From positions 34,010 to 98,009 of the forward strand of contig CAWHCF010000035.1 in NCBI GenBank assembly GCA_963827655.1: 64,000 nt of DNA, written 5' to 3'. This DNA is from an uncultured Acidobacteriota bacterium (GTDB lineage Bacteria; Acidobacteriota; UBA6911). Below the pieces are notes generated by a model that did not search any database, was not told where the DNA came from, and saw only the letters and a list, made by a program, of their open reading frames with translations. The position numbers were made by a program, and so were the translations under genes. Positions 20,190-32,195 of the stretch are shown piece after piece. Positions within the stretch are counted from its first letter, which is position 1. Each line of letters begins with the position of its first letter.

Positions 20190-23152
20190 ATGAAGCCCGA
20201 ACGGTGGCAACAAATCGAACAACTCTATCACGCCGCGTTGGAGCGAGCGCCCGACGCGCGCGCGGCCTTTCTGGACCAGGCCTCCGATGGTGACCAGGCC
20301 CTGAGGCAGGAGGTCGAGTCGCTGCTCGCTTATGATGAGCCAGCGCAGCGCTTCATCGAGAAGCTGCCGGATGAGTTGGCGGCAGAGTTCCTGGCCGAGG
20401 AACAGGCTCCCTCTTTGATCGGCAGCAGGTTCAATCACTACCAGATTCTTTCACGTTTGGGGCGAGGCGGGATGGGCGAGGTCTACCTCGCCACTGACAC
20501 ACGGCTTGACCGCAAGGTTGCAATCAAGCTTCTGCCGGCTGAGTTCATCTCTGATCCAGATCGCGTGGGGCGATTCAAACAGGAAGCACGAGCGGCGTCC
20601 GCCCTCAATCATCCGAACATTCTGACCATCTACGAGATCGGGCAAACCGATAGCCTCCACTTCATCGCCACTGAGTTCGTCGGCGGTGTGACCCTGCGCG
20701 AGCGGATGACTAGCGCGACCATGAGCGTCGGGGAGACGCTCGCAGTGGCCATACAAGTCGCAAGCGCTTTGGCAGCGGCGCACGAAGCCGGGATCATACA
20801 CCGCGACATCAAGCCCGAAAACGTCATGTTGCGGCCTGACGGGTTGGTCAAAGTCCTCGACTTTGGTGTGGCCAAGCTCACCGAGAGGCCCGCGGCCAGC
20901 TCAGCGTCAGAGGCCGATTCGCGAGCGCCGGCCACAGCCCCGCTGAGCACGCAACCAGGCGGGGTGATGGGGACGGTCAATTATATGTCGCCGGAACAGG
21001 CGTGCGGACAGAAGATTGATGCGCGCAGCGACATCTTCTCACTCGGCGTGATGCTGTATGAAATGCTCGCCGGGCACAGGCCGTTTGAAGGCGCAACGCT
21101 GAGTGATGTGGTTACGGCCTTGTTGACGAGCAATCCTGTTCCCCTGTCACAAGCCAGACCGGACGTGCCGCCGGAGCTGGAGCGCGTCGTCAGCAGATGC
21201 CTGGAGAAGGGTCCCGACGCACGATGCGGAAGCGCAGCGGAATTGGGTGTGGAGCTGCAGCGGCTGCAGCGGAAGGTAGTGGAGGAACCGGATGAGGCGC
21301 TCGCCACGGAAGAGGGGACCGTGGACGAGAGACAGGCCCAACGGCTGAAGACCCCCAGGACGTCTCCGGTCCAAGCCCCGGAGAGATCTCGCTGGCGCCG
21401 CTGGGGAATCGTGGCAGGCGCTACGGCCGCCGCTCCTCCTGATCGGGCTGGTCATCTTGTGGCTCCGGGAAAGCGATTATTTCTGGCAGAACCCGCTCGA
21501 CGGCGCGAGGATCGAACGGCTGACCGATTTCGAGGGGGACGAGATGGACGCGGCGATCTCGCCGGACGGAAAGTTCATCACGTTTCTCTCCGACCGCGAC
21601 GGGCAGTTTGATGCGTGGGTCAGCCAGATTGGCAGCGACGATTTCGTCAACATTACCAAGGGCCGGTTTCCCTCACTATTCCCTGGCACCCCTGATCCGC
21701 AGAGTTGGTTTCTCCGGCGAGGGGGCGAAAGTCTGGTTCACAGAAGGGAAGCGCGGCGGGGCCATATGCAACATGGCTGGCGACGGCCCTGGGCGGCGAT
21801 CCTTATCCCTTTCTGGCCGGCGCGATGGAACCTGATTGGTCGCCCGATGGGAGCAAGATTGTCTACCACACTTTAGGCGGCGACCCGATCTTCATCGCCG
21901 ACCGGACCGGAAGCAACCCCAGACGGGTTTTTGCCGAAAAGCCGGAAGGCCACTGCCACTATCTCACCTGGTCCCCGGACAGCCGCTTCATTTACTTCGT
22001 GAGAGGCTCTCCGACCACCGATGAGATGGATATCTGGCGAATCCCGGTTGCCGCAAGCGGGATGCCCTCCCAACCCGAACGGATTACCTACCACAACGCG
22101 CGGATCGTCTCCCCGGCCTGGCTCGATGCGCGCACTTTGATTTACTCGGCCACGGCCGAAGATGGCTCCGGACAGTGGTTGTACAGCCTGGATGTGGAGC
22201 GCCGCATCCCGCACCGAGTGAGTTCCGGAATCACGGAACACTATCTATCGGTCGCGGTCAGCACCACGCGCCCGCGCCGGCTGATCGCCTCTGTTGCCAT
22301 TCCCAGCGCCAGCCTGTGGACTGTCCCTGTGTCGGATCACATCCAGACAGAGGCGGCGGTCAGCCGCGTTCGCGGTTCCCAATACCCGTGCTCTCGCTCC
22401 ACGCCTCGCTTCTGACTATCTCCTCTTCCTTTCCTCCAGGGGCGGTGGCGATGGGTTGTGGAAGCTGGAAAAGGATGCCGCCAGGGAATTGTGGAAAGGC
22501 AGCGAGGCAGGCGTAGTGGCCCCGCCGGCCATCTCGCCCGACGGCAGCCAGATCTGTTTTTCATACCGGAAGCAGGGCCAGACGCGCCTCTCCGTCATGA
22601 ACGCCGATGGCACGAATATCCGGGCTTTAGCGGAATTCTTGGATGTGCGAGGCTCTGCTGCCTGGTCTCCGGATGGGAAGTGGATCACCGTCGCGGCTAA
22701 CCAAAAAGAAGGCACGCGAGTGTTCAAGGTTCCGGTGGATGGTGGCCCTTCGGTTCGCTTGCTGGACACTCCTTCCTACAACCCGCTCTGGTCCCCAGAC
22801 GGCCGCTTCATTATCTATTCCGAACCGCTGCAAGGGGGAACGTTCTTAGTGAAGGCCATTACGCCGGATAAGGTGCCGGTTCCCATGCCCGATATCCGGG
22901 TCAACTTATACCATGGCCACTCCCTATCGCTTTGTGTCTGACGGTAAGGCACTCATATTCATTAAAGATGGGAATGTACGCTCACGGAATTTTTTCTGGC
23001 TGGACCTGGAAACCGGACAGGAGCGCCAGCTGACGGACTTGAAGCCGGGTTTCGTGATCCAGAGCTTTGATGTAGCGCCTGATGGCAAGCAGATCGTGTT
23101 CGACCGGCACCGAGAGAATTCCGATATCGTGATGATGGATCTGACGCGTTGA
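20190..23152 (+). CDS. Hanks-type Ser/Thr kinase with TM segment and TolB/PD40-like beta-propeller; several frameshifts
   Basis: GRGGMGEVY, HRDIKPEN, DFG, YMSPEQ; downstream pieces contain SPDG repeats; follows the ECF sigma gene. Confidence 0.9.
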
Positions 23153-23288
23153 GCCTTTGAACCAGCAACGCCGGCAGATAATCGACGAGTTTCAGGACGC
23201 GGCTCAGGAGCGCGAGCCCGACGCACGTGAGCCTTACCTTCACGAAGCCGGCGAGTGCTGAAGCTGCGAAGCGAAGTGGCGTGGGTTT

Positions 23289-23745
23289 GAAGCGCAACTC
23301 GACGACCCGCGCCTTCCGCGGATCCATCTGCGCCAGCATGCCGAGCGCCTCATCGATGGCGACCAACTCGCGGTCCCGCGCGGACGACACGTCGGCGATC
23401 TGGTCCAGATCGACAGCCGTGGAGTGCTCCGCAAACGCAGCCCGGCCTCCGTGCTTGGCGGACTCGCGCACACGAGCTGCGTCCACCAGGATCCGCCGCA
23501 TCATCTGCGCCGCGACTGCGAAGAAATGAACGCGGTCCAGCCAGCCGACGTTCTTCACATCGACCAGCCGAAGGTAGACCTCATTGACGAGAGCCGTGGT
23601 CTGTAGCCGTGTTGCCTGCCCGTTCGTTGCGCATGTAGCGCCGCGCCAGCCGGCGCAGCTCGTCGTACGCACTTTCGAGGGCGGTATCGTCGGCGCTCCA
23701 TGCCTTCAACAAACGAGTGATTTCTGTAGAAACGACCTCGGTCAT
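23289..23745 (-). pseudogene. Second TIGR02999-type ECF sigma factor, truncated before the C-terminal HTH
   Basis: MTEVVSTEITRLLKAWS, LQTTALVNEVYLRL, similarity stops after VVELRF; also has a short internal deletion relative to the 19486 copy. Confidence 0.8.
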
Positions 23746-23964
23746 CGCTCCTCAAGAAAATCTTCAGGGCCATTGTAGTTTTTCCTTCCCGTTTTCGTTT
23801 ACACGGTTGAGGCAACGCGACAGGAAGGTCACGGTGGTCGTTGCCTGAAGCGATTCTGGCGCCGGTGGCTGTAGTCGGCTCTCAACTCTGAGCTCTGTCT
23901 TCGCCCGACGGCACACGCGCCCGAAGCCCAATTCCACTTCCCCAATTCTACTTAAGGAGAAAAC

Positions 23965-25201
23965 ATGAAGAAGATGTTTGCTACGATGCTTTTTCTGTTC
24001 TGCTCGTGCGCGTACGGGCAGAACGTCGTCACCGACTGGGCGGCGATCGTTCAACCGGCGGTGAACAATCCCCCTGAAGCCGCCGGCAATCCAGATCGTA
24101 CTCCGGGCCACTATTCATCTCGCCATGTATGACGCAGCCATCGCGATCCGGGCGGCTTCGAGCCCTACGGGGCGGCGATCTCGGGGCCGCCTGGTGCCAA
24201 TGTCCGCGCGGCAGTCGCCACCGCGGCCTACCTCACGGCCCGCGCGCGCGTCGACCCCTCGCAGGTTCTGTACCTTGATACACAGTACGGCACCTACATG
24301 GCAGCCATTGCGGACGGGCCTGCCAAGAGCGACGGCATCCAGGTGGGCCAGATTGCGGCTACCGTCATACTCGCTGTCCGCGCCAACGACGGGTTGAGTA
24401 ACGTAGTTCTCTACCAGTGCAGCTCGAACCCACCGCCGGCCGGCGAGTTCGAGCCGGACGGCGGCTGCGGCACTCAGCCGGTCGGAGTCAACATAGGCCA
24501 GATCACTCCCTTTACCTTCAGAAACCCGAGCCGCTTCCGCCCCGACGGTCCCAACCCGCTGACCTCGAACGCCTACACCGAGGACTTCATCGAGACTCGT
24601 GACTACGGGCGCTTCAACAGTACCTTCCGCACCGCCGAGCAGACCGACATCGCCTATTTCTGGGGGGCGGTGGACGTGCACCGGGGCTTTATCGATCTGG
24701 CCGTCAGCCACGGACTGAACGTTCGCGACACGGCTCGGTTCTTCGCCCTTGTCTACACCGCAGCGGCCGACGCCAATATTGCCGGTTTCGAGACCAAGTA
24801 TTTCTACCGGCATTGGCGGACCGCGAACGGCGATCCCCCAAGCCGACGACGACGACAATCCGGACACCGATCCCGACCCCACGTGGGTTCCGCTGCTCAC
24901 GGTGAACCACCCGGAGTACCCTTCGGCCCACTCCTATTCATCTACGGCCTTTACTGACTCGATCGCGAGGTTCTTTGGCACGAACAAAGTAACCTGGACC
25001 CTGACCGCCAGCAAAGCCATCTTTCCGCAGCTGGTTCAGACTGAGCGGACCTATAGGGACATGAACCGAATCATGCGTGAGATCGACGACGCGCGCGTCT
25101 GGGCCGGCCTGCACTGGCGGCATTCGATGCGCCACGGCGGCCAGATCGGCCGCAAGGTCGCCAAACACGTGTTCGACAATTTCTTCCGGCCAACGCCCTG
25201 A
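23965..25201 (+). CDS. Exported vanadium haloperoxidase/PAP2-superfamily protein; frameshifts
   Basis: Signal peptide then NVVTDW; KYFYRHWR(P)RTAI, HPEYPSAHS, ARVWAGLHWRHS. Confidence 0.85.
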
Positions 25202-25268
25202 CGGAGCCACGCGAGTGTGAAGAGAGCGCCGCCTCGGGGCGGCGCTCTGCTCCCCGACGATTTCAGGA
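25152..25268 (+). repeat. ~115-bp direct repeat, copy 1 (haloperoxidase 3' end plus GC hairpin)
   Basis: Near-identical to 31904-32018; contains AGAGCGCCGCC-TCGG-GGCGGCGCTCT. Confidence 0.9.
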
Positions 25269-25355
25269 TGATCCCCGTGCGCTGTGCTGTTTGGACGCTC
25301 GAGCAAAGAAGTCGGGCTGTAACCATGCAGGACTCATTGGAAGGAGGAGGTCTCC

Positions 25356-26816
25356 ATGTTTTGGCAGACGATCCGGTGTCTTTTCTTGTGTTTTTGCCTT
25401 CTTGTCACGCTAGTCAGTCCGGCCGCCAGTGTACTCGGTCGCAAGAATTGAAGCGCCAGAAACGAGTGCCCAGACTCCTGGCACGTTCACGCCCACGGGC
25501 AACCTGACCACGCCTCGCTGGGGTCATACCGCCACACTGCTTCCCAACGGCAAGGTCTTGTTTGCCGGCGGCATCTCTGAATTCCCGCTGGCTCTGGCCA
25601 GCGCAGAGCTCTACGATCCTTCAACCGGGATGTTCACACCTGCGGGGGACATGACCACGCCACGCTCATTTCACACCGCAACACTGCTTCCCAATGGCAG
25701 TGTTTTGATCGTTGGCGGCAACTCTGCTTGGCTTTCAGAATTGCAACTGTACGCTGGCCAGCGCAGAGCTTTACGATCCTTCCACCGGGACCTTCACCAG
25801 TCACGGGTTTGATGACCACGGCCAAGGCTACAGTCATGTCTGCAACACTACTCAATAGACGGCAAGGTCTTGATCACCGGCGGCTATCTCTAATCGGATT
25901 CTCGCCAACTGCGGAGTTCTACGATCCCTTCACGGGAACCTTCACGCCGTACCGGCGACATGACCAGGCCCGTGTTCCGGGGCAAGGGGACCCTGCTCAA
26001 TAACGGCAAGGTATTGATCAGCGGTGGGACAGCCGACGAGGGCATCATGGCCGAACTCTATGATCCCGACACCGGCACCTTCAGCCGGACGGGCGGGTTG
26101 GATCCACACTTGGGTGCGAACACGGCTACGTTGCTCACGAACGGCAAGGTTTTGGTTACGTTGGGCGCGGAAGAGCCGATTCGAACCGCGCAGCACTGTA
26201 CGATCCCTCGACAGGAACATTCACTGCGACCGGGAACATGACCGGGTCGCGGCTTTTCCCTACAGCGACTCTGCACGCTGACGGAACAGTCCTGATCGCT
26301 GGCTCCGATTATAGAGACAACCGGTTTACGGCCGAGATCTACGATCCTGTGGCCGGCACGTTCTCGCCTACAGGGAACATGACCAGGGGCCGTCAACAAA
26401 ATTACACAGCCACGCGGCTTCCCGATGGCACGGTCTTGATCGCTGGAGGGCTTGTGTGGGTGACGCCGGGCTTCCCTGGCTCTTACGCCGACGGCAGCGC
26501 AGAGATCTTCACTCCGCCTTTGTACGTGACCTTCGATCCCAACACAGTCAGGCTCGGAGGATCGTTCACCGCCAGGTTCTCCGGTGCGAATCTCACGGCC
26601 AACACCTATTTCGATGTCCGGTTCCGCCGCCCGGGCAGCTCGGTCGACGAAGTCGCCTTCGATTGGCAGCAAGGAACGTCGGCCCCGCATACGATCGCGA
26701 GCGGGCTCGCATCAGGGACCTGGACCATCACGGGGGTGCGTGCGCATCAGAGCCTCGCCGACCATAGCGGCGACTTCTTTCCGGTCTTCGCGACTCTGAC
26801 GGTATCGCCGTTTTGA
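25356..26816 (+). CDS. Exported Kelch-repeat protein with ~95-aa C-terminal module; frameshifts
   Basis: AGGAGG RBS, signal peptide, repeats [16 protein letters not shown]...AELYDP. Confidence 0.85.
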
Positions 26817-26875
26817 AGCGGCGAGCAGGATGGGTTTCGTCTGTCGAGCTGCGTCCAAGCATTTCGGAGTCTTGA
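26527..26875 (+). repeat. ~350-bp direct repeat, copy 1 (C-terminal module plus 3' UTR)
   Basis: About 90% identical by eye to 29017-29364. Confidence 0.9.
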
Positions 26876-26936
26876 GACGAGACATGAAAAGCAAGCGGTA
26901 AGGTCTGGGGCTCGTGATCCGGACAAGGAGAGGGAA

Positions 26937-29307
26937 ATGTTGATTCGACGAGTTATCGGGCTGACGGTAATGGCCATAGTCGCCATTCAGGCGACAGGTG
27001 TGGGAACGCTCCGGGCGGCGATCAACACATGGACAAGCCTGGGACCGGAGGGTGGAGACTTTCACGTTCTAGGGGTTGACCCGCAGGATTCGAGGACCCT
27101 ATACGCCGCTGGCACGGACAGCCTGTTCAAGAGCACAGATGGGGGAGCACGCTGGAAGGCGATAACCTTCACGACGTTCGGTGTCCGTTGCATGGTTTTC
27201 GATCCGCAAAACACCCGCACGATATATGCGGGGACCTGGGAGGGCGGCATCTTCAAGAGCCGTGATGGAGGGGCGGTTTGGGAGGCAATGAGCTCCGGGC
27301 TGCCTGACCACGGTTTCGTTGATTCCCTGGTGATAGATCCACAAAACCCGAGGACACTATACGCAAGCCTGCGCTGGAATGAGCAAGGCGTTCGTAGTGG
27401 AATATTCAAGAGCACGGACGGGAGCCAGAGCTGGCGCGCGGCGATCCTCGGTCGGCAGGGCTACGTCTCTTCCCTGGCGATAGATCCACAAGACCCCAGG
27501 ACATTATACGCAGCAGTACAACTTGACTACAATGGACGTGGGGGATTATCCAAGAGCACGGACGGAGGTATGAGCTGGACGCCCGTCCCGGCAATCGAGG
27601 CGATTGCGTATGGCGTGTTCGCGGTTGTAGTCGATCCACAACACCCGAACACACTCTATACGTCTGCTTGCCTGGGTTCAAATGAGGACTGTAGTGTCAC
27701 TGTCCTGAAGAGCCCGGATCGAGGAACCAGTTGGACGGAGGTGAACTCCGGGCTGCCCACCCCCACTTGGGCTCCAATCGTCCTGGCGATTGACCCGCGG
27801 AACACGAACACGCTCTATACGGCGATCGGCCTTGGCCTGTTCAACAATACGCGTGGCCTGTTCAAGACTACGGATGGGGGAGCAAGCTGGAGTGCGGTGA
27901 ACTTGGCGCCCGAGGAGCTTTTCCCCAACAACGTGGCGATTGATCCACAAAACACGGGCACGGTATACGCCGGCACCCGTGGCGGGGTCTTCAAGAGCAC
28001 CGACGGGGGAACAAGCTGGAGTCCGGTGAACTCAGGGCTGGTCGCCACGACTGTTTTCAGCCTGGCGATCGATCCGAGTTCCCTAGTACCATATACGCGG
28101 GAACTATTTGAGGGGGGGCTGGCGAAGAGCACGGATGCGGGAGCGAGCTGGAGTTGGTGGGCTCCGGACTCCGTTGATACATAGGGTGCCGCCGATTGGT
28201 CCCGCGATACGCATTGTATTGGCGGCGCCGGGTGCTGTGTACGCGAAGAGTCGTGGCGGGGTGTTCAAGAGCGCGGATGGAGGAGCGAGCTGGGCCGGGC
28301 TGCCGCTGCCTCTGGGCCCCCCCGAGGCGCTGGCTATTGATCCGCAAGATCCGAGGACACTCTACTACACCGCTGCCGGCTTCGGGTGGGTATTCAAGAG
28401 CACCATGGGGGAACCAGCTGGGACCGGGTGAATACCCCGGACCCGTACGGGCTAACACACGCTACGATTTACACCCTGGCGATTGATCCGCAAAACCCAA
28501 GGACGATCTACGCGTTGGCCGGCCACTCAGAATTTCCGATATTCAAGAGTACGGATGGCGGTATGAATTTCAGTCCGGCCAGATCCGGGCTGCCGGACAG
28601 GTGCACTGTTTCCTCGCTCGTTATCGACCCGCAGCATCCGGGCACGCTCTATACAACTTTGAACGTGACGTCCTTCGCTAGTCCCCCGCCCGGGGAGCTG
28701 ATCTACCGCAACCTGTTCAAGAGCACCGATGGGGGTGGATTCTGGGTGGCGGTGAACCCTGCCGGGCTGCCGAATGACCTGGGTCTTGACGAACTGGCAA
28801 TTGACCCTCAGAACAGCAGGATGATGTACGGAACGAATTTCCCAGGAAGAGGCGTCTTCCGGAGCACGGACGCGGGAGCCAACTGGAGTGCGATGAACTC
28901 GGGGCTGACGTCGCTCTGGGTGACCACCCTGGCCATTGACCCATTGACGAGCACGGTATACGCCGGAACCGGCGGCGGCGGTGTGTTTGCATACACCCCT
29001 GTGTCAGTTTCTGCGCTGACCTTCGATCCCACGACCGTCCGGCTCGGTGAATCGTTCACCGCCAGGTTCTCTGGTACGAATCTCACGGGCCAACTCTTAT
29101 TTCGATGTCCGGTTCCGCCGCCCGGGCAGCTCAGTCGACGAAGTCGCCCTCGACTGGCAGCAAGGACCGTCGGCAGCGCATACGATCGCAAGCGGCATCG
29201 AAATAGGGACCTGGACCATCACGGGCGTGCGGGCGCATCAGAGCCTCGACGACCACAGCGGCGACTTCTTTCCGGTCTTCGTCACTCTGACCGTATCGCC
29301 GTTTTGA
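26937..29307 (+). CDS. Exported BNR/Asp-box (VPS10/sialidase-like) repeat protein with the same C-terminal module; frameshifts
   Basis: Repeats LAIDPQNPRTLYA...FKSTDGGxSW; signal peptide. Confidence 0.85.
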
Positions 29308-29364
29308 AGCGGCAGGATAGGTTTTTGTCTGTCGAGTTGCGTCCAAGCATTTCGGAGTTCTTGA
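29017..29364 (+). repeat. ~350-bp direct repeat, copy 2
   Basis: Matches 26527-26875. Confidence 0.9.
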
Positions 29365-29633
29365 TTTCTGTGGAACAGATGGCCTAAGCTGCCAGCACAT
29401 TTTATTGCAGGAGTCCTCCGCTGAAGTGAAGTCCCCCGGTTAAGAAACGCCTGACGTTGTCCGGCGAACTGATCTCTGAGTCTGCTGTGAACGTTGGTCG
29501 AGAACCGCCGTCTCAGGGATTCCTATCCCGTGACCGATTCGTGCGCTCTTTTCCGCTTGTGTGGTTGAACCAGTGTAGGCGACCACACGCGAGAGCGCGT
29601 GGGTCACAGACTGCACTGCGGAAAAGAGGCCTT

Positions 29634-31972
29634 ATGAATCGGTACGTAAATCTCATGGTAGTTAGTGTTGCTGAGCGCCCCTGCGTTGAATGCCGCCAGC
29701 CTTCCGACTGGGTTTTCCCGAAACTCAGATCGCAACCGGTCTCTTCAATCCGACCGCAGTGGCTTTGACTCCTGACGGACGGATCTTCATTTGCGAACAA
29801 TGGGGAAGTCTTCGGGTTATCAAGAACGGGACCCTGCTGTCCACGCCGTTCGTGGACGTTGCGGGGAGCTCTTCCGGCGAGCGTGGTTTGCTTGGGGTCG
29901 CATTTCACCCCAATTTCACGTTCAACCAGTATGTCTACGTCTACTACACTGCGACCTCACCGGCGATCCACAACCGGATCAGCCGGTTCACTGCCGACGG
30001 CGATGTGGCAGTGCCGGGCAGCGAAGTCGTGATCCTGGAGTTGGACGACCTGAGCGACGCCACAATCCATAACGGCGGAGCCCTTCATTTTGGTCCCGAT
30101 GGAATGCTCTATGCCGGTGTGGGCGAGAATGCCTTTGGGCCCAATGCCCAGACGCTGAGTAATCTCCTCGGGAAAATACTCCGTTTGAATCCGGACGGCA
30201 CTATTCCTGCGGACAATCCCTTTTACTACTCGGCCACGGGAAATAATCGGGCCATCTGGGCCCTGGGTCTTCGCAATCCCTCTTCCTTCGCATTCCAGCC
30301 CGGCACTGGACGGATGTTCATCAACGACGTAGGACAGGAGACCTCGGAGGAGATCAACGATGGTATCGCGGCATCGAACTATGGCTGGCCCGATACGGAA
30401 GGTCACACGAATGAACCGCAGTACAGTACCCCAATCCTCTCTTATTTGCATGGACTCAGCGGCACTACGGGCTGCGCCATAACCGGTGGAGCCTTCTACA
30501 ATCCTTCGACCCCGACCTTTCCAGCCGAGTATATCGGCGATTACTTCTTCATGGACTACTGCAACGGCTGGATCAATCGCTTTGACCCAAGTAACGGTTC
30601 CGTCGTCGAGTTTGCCACCGGCATTTCACACCCGGTGGACCTCGAGGTAGGGCCCGATGGCAGTTTGTACTACGTGGCTTTCGGCTCGGGGAGTATCTTC
30701 AGAATCGACTATGCGGACAATCCCACGCCCAGCATCACAACCCACCCTGCGAATCAGACCGTCTCGGTCGGCCAACCAGCAACATTCTCGGTGACCGCTT
30801 CAGGCGCCCCTCCCCTCGACTTCCAGTGGCACCGGAACGGTAACAACATTTCTGGCGCCAGTTCATCCAGCTATACCATCGCGGCGGCCCAGTTCTCGGA
30901 TAATGGCGCCTCATTCCGCTGTGTAGTGAGCAACTCCTATGGAAGCGCCACGAGCAACGAGGCCGTTCTTAGCGTGACAGGCAACACTCCCCCGACTGGC
31001 AGCATCACGCAACCGGCAGCCGGTACCACGTATGCGGCCGGTAACAGCATCGGCTACGCCGGCCTCGGTACGGATTCCGAGGACGGTAACCTTCCACCTT
31101 CGGCCTTCACCTGGCGCGTGGACCTTCATCATGACGAACACTTCCATCCTTTCGTGTTGCCGACATCAGGGTCCCAGACAGGCTCTTTTGTGATTCCAAC
31201 CAGCGGCGAGACCAGTCCCAATGTCTGGTACCGCATTCACCTCACGGTCCAGGATTCGGCTGGCCTGACCCACAGCTCGTTCCGGGACATTCTCCCGCGG
31301 GTCTCGACTGTGAGCCTGGCAACCGTCCCGTCTGGATTGCAGATCAAGCTCGACGGCCAGCCCGTCACGACGCCGCAGTCCTTCGTTGGCGTGGCCGGAC
31401 TGACGCGAAATCTCGACGCCGGTTCGCCGCAAAACATCAACGGCACGACATGGACTTTCGCCTCCTGGTCCGATGGGGGGGCGACCGCCCACGCCATTGC
31501 CACTCCTGCTACCAACACCACCTTTACGGCTACCTACACCACGACCAACGCTCGCGCCCAGATGACGAGTCCAACTCCCGGCTCCACCCTCACGTCCTCT
31601 ACCGTGACCTTTGCCTGGACCTCAGGCCTGGGGGTGTCTGCGTACTGGCTCACAGTGGGGACTTCGCAAGGTGGAACCGAAATCTATCCTGGCTCTCAGG
31701 TGGCGAGTCTCTCGGTGACCGTCTCCGGGCTCCCGACGAACGGGAGCAGCCTATACGTTCGACTCTGGTCGCTGATCGGAGGGATGTGGCAATACGAGGA
31801 CTACAACTATTCGGCGGCTGCAGTGTCGGCTCGACCAGGCCGTCATGACCAACCCGACGCCCGGCTCGATTCTAACCTCCTCGACGGCAAACCGGATCGC
31901 CGGGCAAGGTCGCCAAACACGTGTTCGACAATTTCTTCCGGCCAGCGCCCTGACGGAGCCCCGCGAGTGTGA
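29634..31972 (+). CDS. PQQ-dependent glucose/sorbosone dehydrogenase-family protein with Ig-like domains; C-terminus disrupted
   Basis: GERGLLGVAFHP, HNGGALHFGPDG, LGKILRLNPDG, GLRNP, DVG; Ig motif SITTHPANQTV...FQW. Confidence 0.88.
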
Positions 31973-32018
31973 AGAGAGCGCCGCCTCGGCGGCGCTCTGT
32001 CTCACGACGATTTCAGGA
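31904..32018 (+). repeat. ~115-bp direct repeat, copy 2 (orphan haloperoxidase 3' end)
   Basis: Matches 25152-25268. Confidence 0.9.
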
Positions 32019-32195
32019 CATTTCAATTGATCGCTTGCATGCAGCTTGCAGGCGCCCGGCGGGCAGACGCTCCACTCCCAATCGTGATTATTTCTACCTG
32101 CGGGGCGAGAGGATAGGGGTCCTTCGGTTTGTTACGCCGGGACCGTACATGTATGTTCTGTGGGTCTTCTCTCTGAAATAGAAAGGAGCGGCCCG

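Noticed and set aside
23965-25201. Haloperoxidase as part of a halogenated-metabolite gene cluster
   Set aside because: No biosynthetic genes nearby, and the motifs do not distinguish haloperoxidase from acid phosphatase
25223-25248. Intrinsic terminator after the haloperoxidase
   Set aside because: Strong hairpin but no U-tract; kept only as part of the repeat
25356-29010. Recurring DNA motifs as a CRISPR array or tandem repeat
   Set aside because: They are codons of Kelch and BNR protein repeats, degenerate and in frame; no cas genes
26527-29364. Duplicated 3' segment as a diversity-generating retroelement TR/VR pair
   Set aside because: Differences are not adenine-specific, many are synonymous, both copies are coding, and no reverse transcriptase is present
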